This document shows, piece after piece, positions 48,344 to 58,416 of a DNA stretch of 64,000 bases (its first letter is position 1; each line of letters starts with the position of its first letter). Below the pieces are notes generated by a model. That model was given only the letters and a program-made list of their open reading frames with translations, did no database searches and was not told the origin of the DNA. Location: positions 228,724-292,723 of the IMG/VR virus record IMGVR_UViG_3300032053_000002, one strand, 5' to 3'. The translations under genes were made by a program, and so were the position numbers.

Positions 48344-51010
48344 TTACCTAATGAACTTAGTTATACCAAGCAACCGATTCAACGGGGCAAACGCGCCCGT
48401 CAGTTTAAAAAGTTTCCCGTTATACATAAAAGTTATTCCTTCGGCAGGAACTACGGCGTCAATCCCACCTATTGCGTTTAATCGTTCCAATTGTTTTCTA
48501 AACTCTTCCATTTTTTTAACATCTTTCGCCTTTTCCAGTTCTTTTATTGTTCTATCAAACTCGTCTTTAATTTTTTGAACGGCGACATCGGGATTATTAG
48601 TTAAAAACGTATTCAGATTTTTTAGCACTTCCACTCCGAGTTTCAGAAATAGCACTTCAAACGGTTTCATATTTTCTTCCATTTGCGCATCGTGATCTTT
48701 TTTATCAAAGTTTATCACCCAGTTCGCAAAATCTTCGTTTGGTATGTCGCCTTTGACATTGCGAATTCCGTAAGATTTGTCGCCAAATGCCCAACGATTT
48801 ACGAGCGACTGAAATAAATTATTCGGTAATTCATACCCGAACTCTTGCGACTTTTCCGTTATAAAATTTTCCCACCATCGCTGATGATACAGAGTAATCT
48901 GGTCGGTGTCTTTCAGATTAAATTGTTTTTGCAACTTACTTAATTCCGCAAAGTATTTATTTTTCTTTCTGGAAAAATCTTTTACTTGCGACAAATTTAT
49001 TTTTGGAACATCATTTATATTAAAATGTTTCTGAGTGTTTTGATTTACCTGTTTTATCATTCCCGACAGAATTCTCGCATCTTCCTTACTTCCCCCTGTC
49101 GCCATCCCGTTTTCATCGTATTCTATTGAACCGTGAAATAATAGCATTGAAAATCCATACGGTATAACATTGGCGGTTTGCGGATAAATGACTTCCAGGC
49201 TCATAAACTTTTTACCTTCCTGAAAAATCTTATTTCTTTGTTTTTCAGTCAACTTGGAAATGGCGTTTTCCAAATCATCAACCGCGAAAACAAACGCGTT
49301 TTGTATTTCTCCGCGACCGCTAAACATCTGAGAAATACCGCTCTTATCTAATGCATTTTCGCCAAAGTTTTTTAGGTGCGACTTATTTCTTGCGGCGACT
49401 AACTTACCGTTTTTCCAGCTGATTAAAATGTTCTGCCCATCCGTCTTTTCTGCCGCCACTTCCAGCTTCCCCTGAAGCGCTGCGTCTATTATGGTTTTTA
49501 GGTCTCCAAAAGTCAGACTCCAGTCTTCAAATGGATGAGCGAGATGTCCATATGCTCCACCGCACAATAATAATTGTCTATATTCTTTTTTTGCATTTTC
49601 TGTAATTATTCCGCTTTCATCCCCCAGCAACCAATCCACTATACGGTAACCAACAGATGTAGCGGCTTTTTCAATAAATCTTTTATATTTACCTACTACG
49701 TCGCCAGGATAATCATAAACTCCGACTTTACCTGGCGAAATAAACGGTTCAGTATCATATTTGTATGTTTCATCAACATATCCATTTTTTTCGCCCGTAA
49801 GATAATCAACTATTTGCCATCCGAGATCCCGACAGATTTTACCCGACCGTTTATCATATTCTTTTTTGTTGCGATAATAGTCTGAAGGCCCGTCATCTAC
49901 AGAAACCGCTATATCGGTCATAGAAGATTCTGTTATTATTTTTTTTATATTATTTTTTTCTATAAACGTTTCAATAACTTCGCCAGAAAGTATTATACTT
50001 TCATTTAACTTATTTACTATTAAATCATATATTTGCGGATCAAACTTTCCGTACAATTTTTTGAATAAAGTTTTCTTTGCATTAACGCTAACATTTGAAC
50101 CGAACACTTTTCGTATCTGGCTTCCGCTTATAGTTTTTCCGCCGACTTTTACTTCCAGTTGCGGAACGGTTATAACATAACCTTCGTCCTCAAATCCTTT
50201 CGTCGCCGTTCCCGTCCACTTTTTGAAATACTTTCCAGTTAGTCGCGATTCATCTTTTACGCCAACTGCGGCGACATAAGCGGTTTTCTTAGGATCAAAC
50301 TTTTTCAGCAACTCTTCCGCTTTATATGGGTTTTTTGTCAGAACTATTTTGTCTTTCGGGATACCGAACATGCGCGACATAATCAGTCTTTTTTCAGCGA
50401 AGTTAAATGGAGAATCGTCAGGATTGACTATGTTGGATGTTGCAACATAAACATTTTCTTTTCCGAACTTTTTAACCAAATAATCATACGAAAAATAATG
50501 CCCAGAGTGGAATGGCTGAAAGCGCCCAGAAAACACCGCGACAACTTTTTCTACCTGATCTAATAAAAGATTTTTATCATTTTTATTTTTTTCGCCTTCA
50601 TTCACATCGTTGGCGACATTTGAAAACATATAAAGTGATACATTTTTCGGATACGCGATTTTAATACACGGGATCAAATAATCTTCTCCATACGCTTCTT
50701 TGCAGGCGAGCCATCGATGATGCCCATCCAGAATGTAGCCATCACTGGAAACAAAAATCGGGTTTATTTTTTTATTTATGTGCAAATCGCCCTTCATACT
50801 TCCGACTTTAATCGGATTGTAGTCTTCTTGCGTCGGTTTTAATTCGGCGCAAGAGATTCGCCCCTTTTCGTATTTAATGTTTTCATTGTCAAATATGCGC
50901 AATGTTTCGGTGACATCCTTACTGCGAACTTGCGGCATATCGGCACGACCTATTTCCATCAAATAGATCGGTAAAAGTGCTTGTTCAACTAACGTATTTA
51001 ATGATTTCAT
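48344..51010 (-). CDS. Three-domain fusion: ParB/Srx-like + HIGH-family nucleotidyltransferase + ligase-like covalent nucleotidyltransferase
   Basis: LKPTQ...PIFVSSDGYILDGHHRW; FSGRFQPFHSGH; GGAYGHLAHPFED...EKTDGQN...EGITF...FKLTG; start at 51010 preferred over TTG 51031. Confidence 0.72.
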   Translation of the reverse strand: MKSLNTLVEQALLPIYLMEIGRADMPQVRSKDVTETLRIFDNENIKYEKGRISCAELKPTQEDYNPIKVGSMKGDLHINKKINPIFVSSDGYILDGHHRWLACKEAYGEDYLIPCIKIAYPKNVSLYMFSNVANDVNEGEKNKNDKNLLLDQVEKVVAVFSGRFQPFHSGHYFSYDYLVKKFGKENVYVATSNIVNPDDSPFNFAEKRLIMSRMFGIPKDKIVLTKNPYKAEELLKKFDPKKTAYVAAVGVKDESRLTGKYFKKWTGTATKGFEDEGYVITVPQLEVKVGGKTISGSQIRKVFGSNVSVNAKKTLFKKLYGKFDPQIYDLIVNKLNESIILSGEVIETFIEKNNIKKIITESSMTDIAVSVDDGPSDYYRNKKEYDKRSGKICRDLGWQIVDYLTGEKNGYVDETYKYDTEPFISPGKVGVYDYPGDVVGKYKRFIEKAATSVGYRIVDWLLGDESGIITENAKKEYRQLLLCGGAYGHLAHPFEDWSLTFGDLKTIIDAALQGKLEVAAEKTDGQNILISWKNGKLVAARNKSHLKNFGENALDKSGISQMFSGRGEIQNAFVFAVDDLENAISKLTEKQRNKIFQEGKKFMSLEVIYPQTANVIPYGFSMLLFHGSIEYDENGMATGGSKEDARILSGMIKQVNQNTQKHFNINDVPKINLSQVKDFSRKKNKYFAELSKLQKQFNLKDTDQITLYHQRWWENFITEKSQEFGYELPNNLFQSLVNRWAFGDKSYGIRNVKGDIPNEDFANWVINFDKKDHDAQMEENMKPFEVLFLKLGVEVLKNLNTFLTNNPDVAVQKIKDEFDRTIKELEKAKDVKKMEEFRKQLERLNAIGGIDAVVPAEGITFMYNGKLFKLTGAFAPLNRLLGITKFIR

Positions 51011-51036
51011 CTTTATCTCTATTTTTTCCAACTATC

Positions 51037-51044
51037 TATAAATA
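51037..51044 (-). promoter_or_regulatory. Candidate late-promoter octamer TATTTATA
   Basis: 26 nt upstream of 51010. Confidence 0.55.
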
Positions 51045-51071
51045 TAAAAGTTTATTATTGTTATCTGTATT

Positions 51072-51446
51072 TTATCTAAAATATTCGCCGTTTGTAATAT
51101 CCCATAAAAAGAAATCCAAATCGTTCAATCCATCATTTAATTTTATTCTATCATTGAATACAAAATGTCCGTCGGAGAAACTAAACTGAACCCAGTAACA
51201 TTCCCCGTCGTCTTCTTCTATCAGTATAACATCAGACAAATTATTTACATTCCTATCCCGATTTTGTAAAAAAGTTCTAATTCTATCAGCAATCAGATTT
51301 ATATGTTTTTTTACTGCGGCTCTAATTTCTCTTATTTCGCTTACTATTATCAGCACCCGATTATTATGCCAAATTATTTTTATACTAGGCGTTATGTCGC
51401 CGTCAGGTGTTGAAACAGTATAAAATCTATGTAATAAAACTTCCAT
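51072..51446 (-). CDS. Hypothetical protein
   Basis: 124 aa, co-oriented. Confidence 0.6.
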   Translation of the reverse strand: MEVLLHRFYTVSTPDGDITPSIKIIWHNNRVLIIVSEIREIRAAVKKHINLIADRIRTFLQNRDRNVNNLSDVILIEEDDGECYWVQFSFSDGHFVFNDRIKLNDGLNDLDFFLWDITNGEYFR

Positions 51447-51448
51447 AT

Positions 51449-53875
51449 TTAATTAAAAAGCTTTTTTAATTGTGTATAATTTTGTTGGATTTCTGCATCC
51501 GTTAATGCTCGATTGTATCTCATTATCGCTCCAATACTGCCGGTACACCATTGCGTTAAAGTTGTTGAATGAGCAGGCATGAACCATTTACCGATTGTCA
51601 TATCTAAACCGCTAGCGTAATACTTAAAATTATATGGAACGCTGTTAGATGTGTTCGGTTCTCCGTTTACGTATATTTTTAGAGAACCGCTGGCAATTAT
51701 CAAAGAAATGTTTGTCCATTCAGAAGATGTTAAATTAGTTATTGGTTTTGAGACTATTGTATTAGTCATTACGTCTTGCATATTGACGCAGGTGAAATCA
51801 TTCTTATTTAATACCGATACTCTATAAGACGCACCAGCCGCCACATAAATATAATTTTCATCCATCTTTCTATCATATACGGCATAATATCCGCCGCCGC
51901 AACTATGATAACCGAATTCTTCTGTTGTATTTGTCGCCAGATATTGCCGTTGCATATTTATTTTTTTCTCCAATATAGGGTCATCTTGTAATGTATAATA
52001 TGCATTGTATTCTCCGGCTCCGCCACCGGTTAAATATATTCTATCAGAATATCTATCATAACGAACACAAAATGGATATTGCATTAAATAACTTTGCGAC
52101 ACATAATTTAAGTCGGTATCTAGTATTTTAACTGGTTGATATTGGCCGCTTGAGCCAACAAACAAATAACTGCCAGATATATCCATCCACGCCGGAGACA
52201 ACACCGTTCCAGAAATTGAACAGGTTACATATGTTAAATCTTCTTTGTTTAATTTTTTTATGCGATGATTACCTACATCAGAAACATATGCGTAACTGCC
52301 ACTGAATACAATATCTCGCGGATTGTTGTACGAATAAATATCAGACCCCGCCGCTCCGTGAACTCCGCTGCGTGTTACAAAAGTAATAATTGGGCAAGTA
52401 TATTTTTGTATAGAATGTTGGTCATAACAAACAACATAATAATTTCCGTTATCTACTCGGCATGCATGGCTATCAGCATAATATCCGGTAGGTAATAGAG
52501 AACGAGAAACAAATATCATATTGCCATAGCTGTCTTTTTGCCAAATAGATTGGTATCTACTTCTATCAAATAAATGAACATATCCGTCGCCAGCGTCCAC
52601 TTCTATTGACTTTCCTGCGGCAGTTAAATTATAATAATTATAAGAAGGCGGTTCATTCATAGAAATATCCACAAAAGTTGTTTTATCTATTTTATAGATA
52701 CCGTATAAATATGTAGTATAATAGATACTATTATCATCAACCGTTAATCCAAATATCGGGCGACTGACTGAATGAGATGCTACAAAAGTTAAATCTGATT
52801 TATTAAATACTTTTATGTATTTGGCTTGATCTGTTACATATACATAATTCCCGTATACTTTTAGATTTGCAAAGGCAGTAGAAGAACTTACAGTCGTACC
52901 AAATCCAAACTTGTACGGTTCCTGAGCAGTCGCCGAACCAGTAGTCATAACAAAAGATAAATCGGATTTATTAAATATATAGATAGATTGGCTTCCATAA
53001 GAAAGTGCATAAACATAATCATCGTCAATATCCAATCCAGTCGCATATCTGCATAATGAATGCGTATAATATGTGCCATTTGATGCTGTTGCTTTACAAA
53101 CTCTATGATTACTATAATCTGAATAGTAAACATAATCATCGTCAACGGCGACTCCCATTATAGAACTTGCGTACGTTTCTGGAACACCAACACCGTTGGT
53201 TCTGCTTACTAACGTAGAATACGCTTGAGTGTTCATATAGGAAAGAATTTTTGCAACAGGTAAATTGCGAATGTTGCTATAATTAGCACAAATAAGAGAT
53301 CTCGACCATTTAGAAGTATAACCAGAATTTATATGATAGTTATTTGATAATAGGCTTCTATTTGTCGCAAGCGCCCATCTTGAAGCCGAAAGTTCCAAAC
53401 TATTGCTATCGTAGCAACAGTATTCTACAGAATTATTACCACCAACAGAATTTATAGACCATAATTGCCCTTGAACTATGGCCGGATTATAAGAGCGATA
53501 CACTGAATTCGGTTTCAGGGTAAAATTTAATTGGTTTTCGGATGTTAAATAACAACTGAAATGATCTCCATTTTTTCCAAACAAATACTGATTGTTAGTG
53601 TTTGTCCTGAACCAGAAATTTAATGTCGCTCCAACTTCATGCGTTCCTAAATTGAAAGTATCATAATTAGTATTCATTGTTAGCGTCATTGATTCTGAAA
53701 CTTTCATATTTTTTTTATATAAAGACGCACTCATCTGAAAATAATTAGACTGGTTTATTCTATCAGTCCAGGTTGTTGACCCGGACGTATAATATCGGGA
53801 ATTATCAAGCGGCGCAAAATAAGACGTAAGACCGCCAGTCACTATTGAAACGTCACTTCCCCGTGTAATAGTCAT
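51449..53875 (-). CDS. LamG/ConA-domain protein with inserted beta-propeller (putative tail fibre/adhesin)
   Basis: TLNFWFRT (N-half) and WTNISL...LKIYVNG...IGAIMRYNRALTDAEIQQNY (C-half) flank repeats such as YVSDVGNHRIKKL; start at ATG 53875 preferred. Confidence 0.72.
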   Translation of the reverse strand: MTITRGSDVSIVTGGLTSYFAPLDNSRYYTSGSTTWTDRINQSNYFQMSASLYKKNMKVSESMTLTMNTNYDTFNLGTHEVGATLNFWFRTNTNNQYLFGKNGDHFSCYLTSENQLNFTLKPNSVYRSYNPAIVQGQLWSINSVGGNNSVEYCCYDSNSLELSASRWALATNRSLLSNNYHINSGYTSKWSRSLICANYSNIRNLPVAKILSYMNTQAYSTLVSRTNGVGVPETYASSIMGVAVDDDYVYYSDYSNHRVCKATASNGTYYTHSLCRYATGLDIDDDYVYALSYGSQSIYIFNKSDLSFVMTTGSATAQEPYKFGFGTTVSSSTAFANLKVYGNYVYVTDQAKYIKVFNKSDLTFVASHSVSRPIFGLTVDDNSIYYTTYLYGIYKIDKTTFVDISMNEPPSYNYYNLTAAGKSIEVDAGDGYVHLFDRSRYQSIWQKDSYGNMIFVSRSLLPTGYYADSHACRVDNGNYYVVCYDQHSIQKYTCPIITFVTRSGVHGAAGSDIYSYNNPRDIVFSGSYAYVSDVGNHRIKKLNKEDLTYVTCSISGTVLSPAWMDISGSYLFVGSSGQYQPVKILDTDLNYVSQSYLMQYPFCVRYDRYSDRIYLTGGGAGEYNAYYTLQDDPILEKKINMQRQYLATNTTEEFGYHSCGGGYYAVYDRKMDENYIYVAAGASYRVSVLNKNDFTCVNMQDVMTNTIVSKPITNLTSSEWTNISLIIASGSLKIYVNGEPNTSNSVPYNFKYYASGLDMTIGKWFMPAHSTTLTQWCTGSIGAIMRYNRALTDAEIQQNYTQLKKLFN

Positions 53876-53892
53876 TCTATTTTGATCCCCAG

Positions 53893-53991
53893 TTAAAAAA
53901 TGCCCCAAACAATGAACTGTGCATCTGATGAAGATAATACTATATCAAAGGTATTCGCCCCTTTTGATTTCAATGCGATATTAAATACCAT
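53893..53991 (-). CDS. Unlisted 32-aa ORF
   Basis: AAGGA RBS then MVFNIALKSKGANTFDIVLSSSDAQFIVWGIF*; fills the intergenic gap. Confidence 0.5.
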   Translation of the reverse strand: MVFNIALKSKGANTFDIVLSSSDAQFIVWGIF

Positions 53992-54003
53992 TTTATTTTT
54001 CCT

Positions 54004-55968
54004 TTACGCCGGTTTTCCACTATCACTGCGACCGAGATGCGTAGAATCCTGATATGCGACGCAATAAATATCTTCTGTATTATCGTACCAGTTTCCAGTA
54101 AAACCACCACCGACTGCACTGGTTAAACTTAAAAGTTTTTTATCATCACTATCTCTAAATACATCTACTGTAATACCGCTTCCATCTCCAGTATATCCTG
54201 TTAAAGTTCCGCTTACAGTGTAATCAATCGTGTGATACGTTGTCCAAAACCCGATTGAACCATTGTATGCCGTTCCTGGAACATTTAGTCGCCAAGAATA
54301 CGGAGATTTTACGCTCAATTTATTTGTTTCAGTAGAGTTTGCCCATTGTTGAAACTTATTAGTAGAGTCGCCAATAATATCAAATGCGTATTCTTCAGTA
54401 GTTGCCATACCGTTCAGACTAAGCACATCTCGCCAACCAAGTCCTGTAAAAAGTTCGCCAGCCGCAACAGTATATCCAGACACGCCTTGAGCAGCGGTTG
54501 AACCTTGACATCTTGCGCCGATACCCGTAATAAAATAACTATCTTCAGGAATATGTGAAGCACTTAAACTTGCGCTGAAACACCATCTATTGCGTGCGCC
54601 AGCAGTTTGACCGAAGACGGATTCTATATTTCTATAAACTGAATGATTATGCGCACCATCACCATCAGTATATTTTCCTGACTTATAGTTTATTAAATAA
54701 TATCCATTTCTTGCCCATAGTTGAGACCCATTTGCCGTATTAGATACAACTCTTGTTGTTAAATTATTTTTACCACGTTTCAGTGTTCCGAAAGCAGTTC
54801 CATGGCGACCTGTATTATCAATTTTATGCACAAAAGAACCGAGTGCTGCAACACCCATTTTCTGATAATATGTGCAAGTAGCAAGTGTCATAGAACCAGT
54901 TTGTGCCCCACATGCTATAAGAGTTGGATTTAATGTACTACCTTGCGCTTCCAAATAAAAAAGATTAAGCGATGAGGTCTGTAAAGTAATAGTTTCTGGT
55001 TCCTGAATATAAAAATCTTGCGAATCCTGAGAACAGGAAACTATTGCATTAGCAAGAGTTATATCTCCACCTGCGACACCAGTATTTACTGGCGCATACG
55101 GTATAAGAATACTGTTCCAGATTGTTGTTGATGTGTCGTGATTATAGGTATAAGTAATACCGTTCATTCCGCCTAAACCTGCTAATCTGAATCCTTGTCC
55201 ACTCATTGAAACTTCTAACAGTTGAGCACTGTTAGCCAAAGATGTAGTTATAGCGGCATAGCAATTAAGACCAGTCGCTAATGTAGTTTCTTTTTTATGA
55301 AAATCAATTACATTAAGAGCGCTTGCTCTATTAACTACTAGCGATGCAGTCCAGTTTTTAACCGTACCGTCGCCAGTTGGTGCCCATAATTCAACCCAAG
55401 ATTGTTTTACTGAACATTCTGCTTCGGGTAAACTTGAAGATGCGAATATTGCACCTTTTCCACCAAGTTCGCACCACGAACCAGATTTAATATATGAACC
55501 CGTGCTTTCAATCGGAATATAAATTGTTTTTGTCCGAGTTGTCGCCGAAGTATCGTCAAATGCGTATGAAAGCGTAAGTTTTCCAGTTCCATTTACATTA
55601 TTTGTTCCGACAGTAGCATAACTGGCAGTACATCCCATATTAGTGCCAGTCCAATTTGTTCTAAAATAATTTGTATAATCAAATACATATAATATATTTT
55701 TGTTTTCACCAGCGGCAGTTATTGTTATTGAACAAGTTTGTGGAGAAACAGCAACAGTTCCGAGTCCTAAAGAAACTTGTCCTGCTGTTGTATCCGCTGC
55801 TGCTGTAACTGCATCGGATACTACCAATTCTAAAATAACACTTGTAAAAGCAGGTGTCGGTTCAGCAACCCAAACTGTGATCGGTGGCCACACTGTATTT
55901 ATGGCAGCTGCCCTTGTATTTGTGTCGGTGTTAAAAATATATGATATTGTTCGTGTTCTATTAGCCAT
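54004..55968 (-). CDS. Putative virion structural/appendage protein
   Basis: 654 aa, Thr/Ser/Gly-rich beta protein; C-terminal Ig-like segment. Confidence 0.65.
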   Translation of the reverse strand: MANRTRTISYIFNTDTNTRAAAINTVWPPITVWVAEPTPAFTSVILELVVSDAVTAAADTTAGQVSLGLGTVAVSPQTCSITITAAGENKNILYVFDYTNYFRTNWTGTNMGCTASYATVGTNNVNGTGKLTLSYAFDDTSATTRTKTIYIPIESTGSYIKSGSWCELGGKGAIFASSSLPEAECSVKQSWVELWAPTGDGTVKNWTASLVVNRASALNVIDFHKKETTLATGLNCYAAITTSLANSAQLLEVSMSGQGFRLAGLGGMNGITYTYNHDTSTTIWNSILIPYAPVNTGVAGGDITLANAIVSCSQDSQDFYIQEPETITLQTSSLNLFYLEAQGSTLNPTLIACGAQTGSMTLATCTYYQKMGVAALGSFVHKIDNTGRHGTAFGTLKRGKNNLTTRVVSNTANGSQLWARNGYYLINYKSGKYTDGDGAHNHSVYRNIESVFGQTAGARNRWCFSASLSASHIPEDSYFITGIGARCQGSTAAQGVSGYTVAAGELFTGLGWRDVLSLNGMATTEEYAFDIIGDSTNKFQQWANSTETNKLSVKSPYSWRLNVPGTAYNGSIGFWTTYHTIDYTVSGTLTGYTGDGSGITVDVFRDSDDKKLLSLTSAVGGGFTGNWYDNTEDIYCVAYQDSTHLGRSDSGKPA

Positions 55969-55987
55969 ATATTAAAAATCCTTTTTA

Positions 55988-55995
55988 TATAAATA
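55988..55995 (-). promoter_or_regulatory. Candidate late-promoter octamer TATTTATA
   Basis: 19 nt upstream of 55968. Confidence 0.55.
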
Positions 55996-55996
55996 G

Positions 55997-56755
55997 TTAA
56001 TCCATTATTATTTTTCTTCCGGATAATGTTGTTTGGTCTTCCCCAATCCAACCTTCAGTTGAAACGGCAAATAAATCATAATATGTTGTAAAACTGACCG
56101 TTGATGTTGAATAACCACCATACCCGATATACCAATATCGAGGAGCTCCACGGTCAAGATTCCCGGCTAAAATTCCTTGTGAATCTCCGTCGACCAATAA
56201 TTGATGAGAACCGGTTCCGCTATCATCAATTTTTATTTCTACTCTATACCAAGTATCAGTAGATATTGATGAAGATGAATATGCATTAGACCAACCGGCT
56301 CCGAAATGAACTGCCAATCTCCAGCGATGTGTGCCCGCATCATTATAAATTCCAAAATTCATCGTAGTATTTGCATCCTCATCACTATCATTACTCATTG
56401 CTAATATACACCCATCTTCTTGTGATACACTACTAGATAATGCTGAAAAATATATATAGAATCTTGTATACGATGTATTTACTTGAGAACCGTAATCACG
56501 TCTTGCATACGCATTTGCTCCAGAAATTTTTACATAATTAAGGCATTGAGAACCGGCGTTTGGCGGAGTTGCGCCAGGTATTGCAGAATCTTCGTTTAGA
56601 GTACACCCACCACTATTATATTCTGTCCAACTCTCTTCATACCCCGTTCCCTCAAAACTTTCATCGATGATTTTAGCGACACCAATAGGAAATGCAATAG
56701 AAAGCGTTTTCATTCGCTGAGTAGTAAATATAGAAGACCTTTTGCTCATTAACAT
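55997..56755 (-). CDS. ConA/lyase-like beta-sandwich protein (putative appendage)
   Basis: IIDESFEGTG...YTRFYIYF...DTWYRVEIKI...LLVDG...YYDLFAVS. Confidence 0.6.
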   Translation of the reverse strand: MLMSKRSSIFTTQRMKTLSIAFPIGVAKIIDESFEGTGYEESWTEYNSGGCTLNEDSAIPGATPPNAGSQCLNYVKISGANAYARRDYGSQVNTSYTRFYIYFSALSSSVSQEDGCILAMSNDSDEDANTTMNFGIYNDAGTHRWRLAVHFGAGWSNAYSSSSISTDTWYRVEIKIDDSGTGSHQLLVDGDSQGILAGNLDRGAPRYWYIGYGGYSTSTVSFTTYYDLFAVSTEGWIGEDQTTLSGRKIIMD

Positions 56756-56766
56756 TTAATTTTTCC

Positions 56767-58404
56767 TTATCTAAATCTGAATCTAGCGGTGCCGATTCCT
56801 TGAAATACAACTTTCGGTAAAATTACTGATGGAGTTCCGGCCGTGTATTCAAACGCACCAATATCCCAGACAGTATTATACGGTCTAGTTGTTCCGATTA
56901 TATCAACACTAAAAGAACAAAACGCATTTGCAGATAAATCCGCTCCTATGTCTCTTGCGCCAGCATCTGTAGCTGCTAAACAAAAATTATCAGCGTCTCT
57001 ATCAACAAACGTAAAAGTCTGACTTGCATAATTAGTTCCACCGGGATTATCCGTCTGGTTGCTGGAGTTATTGGTTGATAGCGCGTCGTAAGTACCGATA
57101 AAAACATCGCCATCAGCAGAACCAGTTATCAGATTATTTATTACAATTGCATCCCCCGCTGTGCGGCGAATCCCTCGATTGCAATTTATTATCGTGTTAT
57201 TATAGACCGAAGCAGTCGCAAGAGTCGCAATTGAAATTAAAATACCTGTATTTTCAGAACCCTTTGCATCATAAATAATATTATTATATATTTTATAGAA
57301 TTGCCCAGGTTCCCCAATCGCACTTACAATGTTTATATACAAAGTATTTGAACCGCGTAAAATACAATTTTTAACTATCGGATTTCCAACCGAATCTGTC
57401 GCCCCGGTCTGAAAATCTAATGCTTGTGACGACGAACCCCACAATTGTAACCCATCAATCGTCACCCACGTATCATATATCACCATTGATGTCAGGTCAG
57501 CCGTTATTGAAACATTTCTATATTTTGTGTCGTCCCAGACTCCATTGTGTCTGTCGCTTCCAGTTGAAGTAATAACAACACCTTTACCGCTTGCCATTAC
57601 CCAACCGAGAACACGGCAGCGTGCTGTATCAGCAACCCCGTCCGAAGATTTACAATATACCCATTTTTGGCATCCGTCACCGACCGTTAAATCGGCCTCT
57701 TCAGTCGATTCCCACGTTGTTAAGCTTGTATAATTTCCAGTTCCGCCGGTATCTACCAGTGACATAGACACACTTACTACCACGGGGACATCTGGTTCCG
57801 GTTTTAGTGCTAATAAAATAGTACCCCAACCACGTTCAGTTCCAAGAGTTGCCGACTTTGCTCCACTTGAACCCGCTACTGCTTGAACATCTCCCGCTGC
57901 AAATATAGTTATACCGTCATCTAATCTTTCTGTTAAAGTAGAAAGTGTAAGTGATGTATAATCATTACTTGTTGCGCCTACTAGAATTACTCCAGCTCCA
58001 GCTGTCGCCGTTGTAATAGCCGAACACGATACAATCGTGCTGCCATCGCTCCACGCCGAACCCGTCGGTGCATCAAGTGGATTGCCGGTAGAAACTACTC
58101 CAGTCATTCTCCAAATAAAGCCATCAGTATAAACAGCACCCACAGTACTCCACGAATAAGAAGTACCCTCACTTGATGCGCGTTTATACCACAACCGTAA
58201 ACGATATTCGTTTGCAGCTGGATAAAAATCATAGTTTTGGAATTCTGTCCATCCTGCTGGAGGAGTCATTACTTGATCAGATGTATATATAACTCCAGCT
58301 AGCATGAAATCGCCATTAACAACACCAGTGGGTTTGTTAATAGATGTTATATTTGCACCTGCTGATTGCGAAACCTGTATATTAAGAGTTAAATCTATTG
58401 CCAT
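56767..58404 (-). CDS. Two-module appendage protein with C-terminal beta-helix
   Basis: Beta-helix signatures IYNNIIY, VYNNTIINC, WDIGAFE. Confidence 0.7.
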   Translation of the reverse strand: MAIDLTLNIQVSQSAGANITSINKPTGVVNGDFMLAGVIYTSDQVMTPPAGWTEFQNYDFYPAANEYRLRLWYKRASSEGTSYSWSTVGAVYTDGFIWRMTGVVSTGNPLDAPTGSAWSDGSTIVSCSAITTATAGAGVILVGATSNDYTSLTLSTLTERLDDGITIFAAGDVQAVAGSSGAKSATLGTERGWGTILLALKPEPDVPVVVSVSMSLVDTGGTGNYTSLTTWESTEEADLTVGDGCQKWVYCKSSDGVADTARCRVLGWVMASGKGVVITSTGSDRHNGVWDDTKYRNVSITADLTSMVIYDTWVTIDGLQLWGSSSQALDFQTGATDSVGNPIVKNCILRGSNTLYINIVSAIGEPGQFYKIYNNIIYDAKGSENTGILISIATLATASVYNNTIINCNRGIRRTAGDAIVINNLITGSADGDVFIGTYDALSTNNSSNQTDNPGGTNYASQTFTFVDRDADNFCLAATDAGARDIGADLSANAFCSFSVDIIGTTRPYNTVWDIGAFEYTAGTPSVILPKVVFQGIGTARFRFR

Positions 58405-58416
58405 TTTATTATCTCA

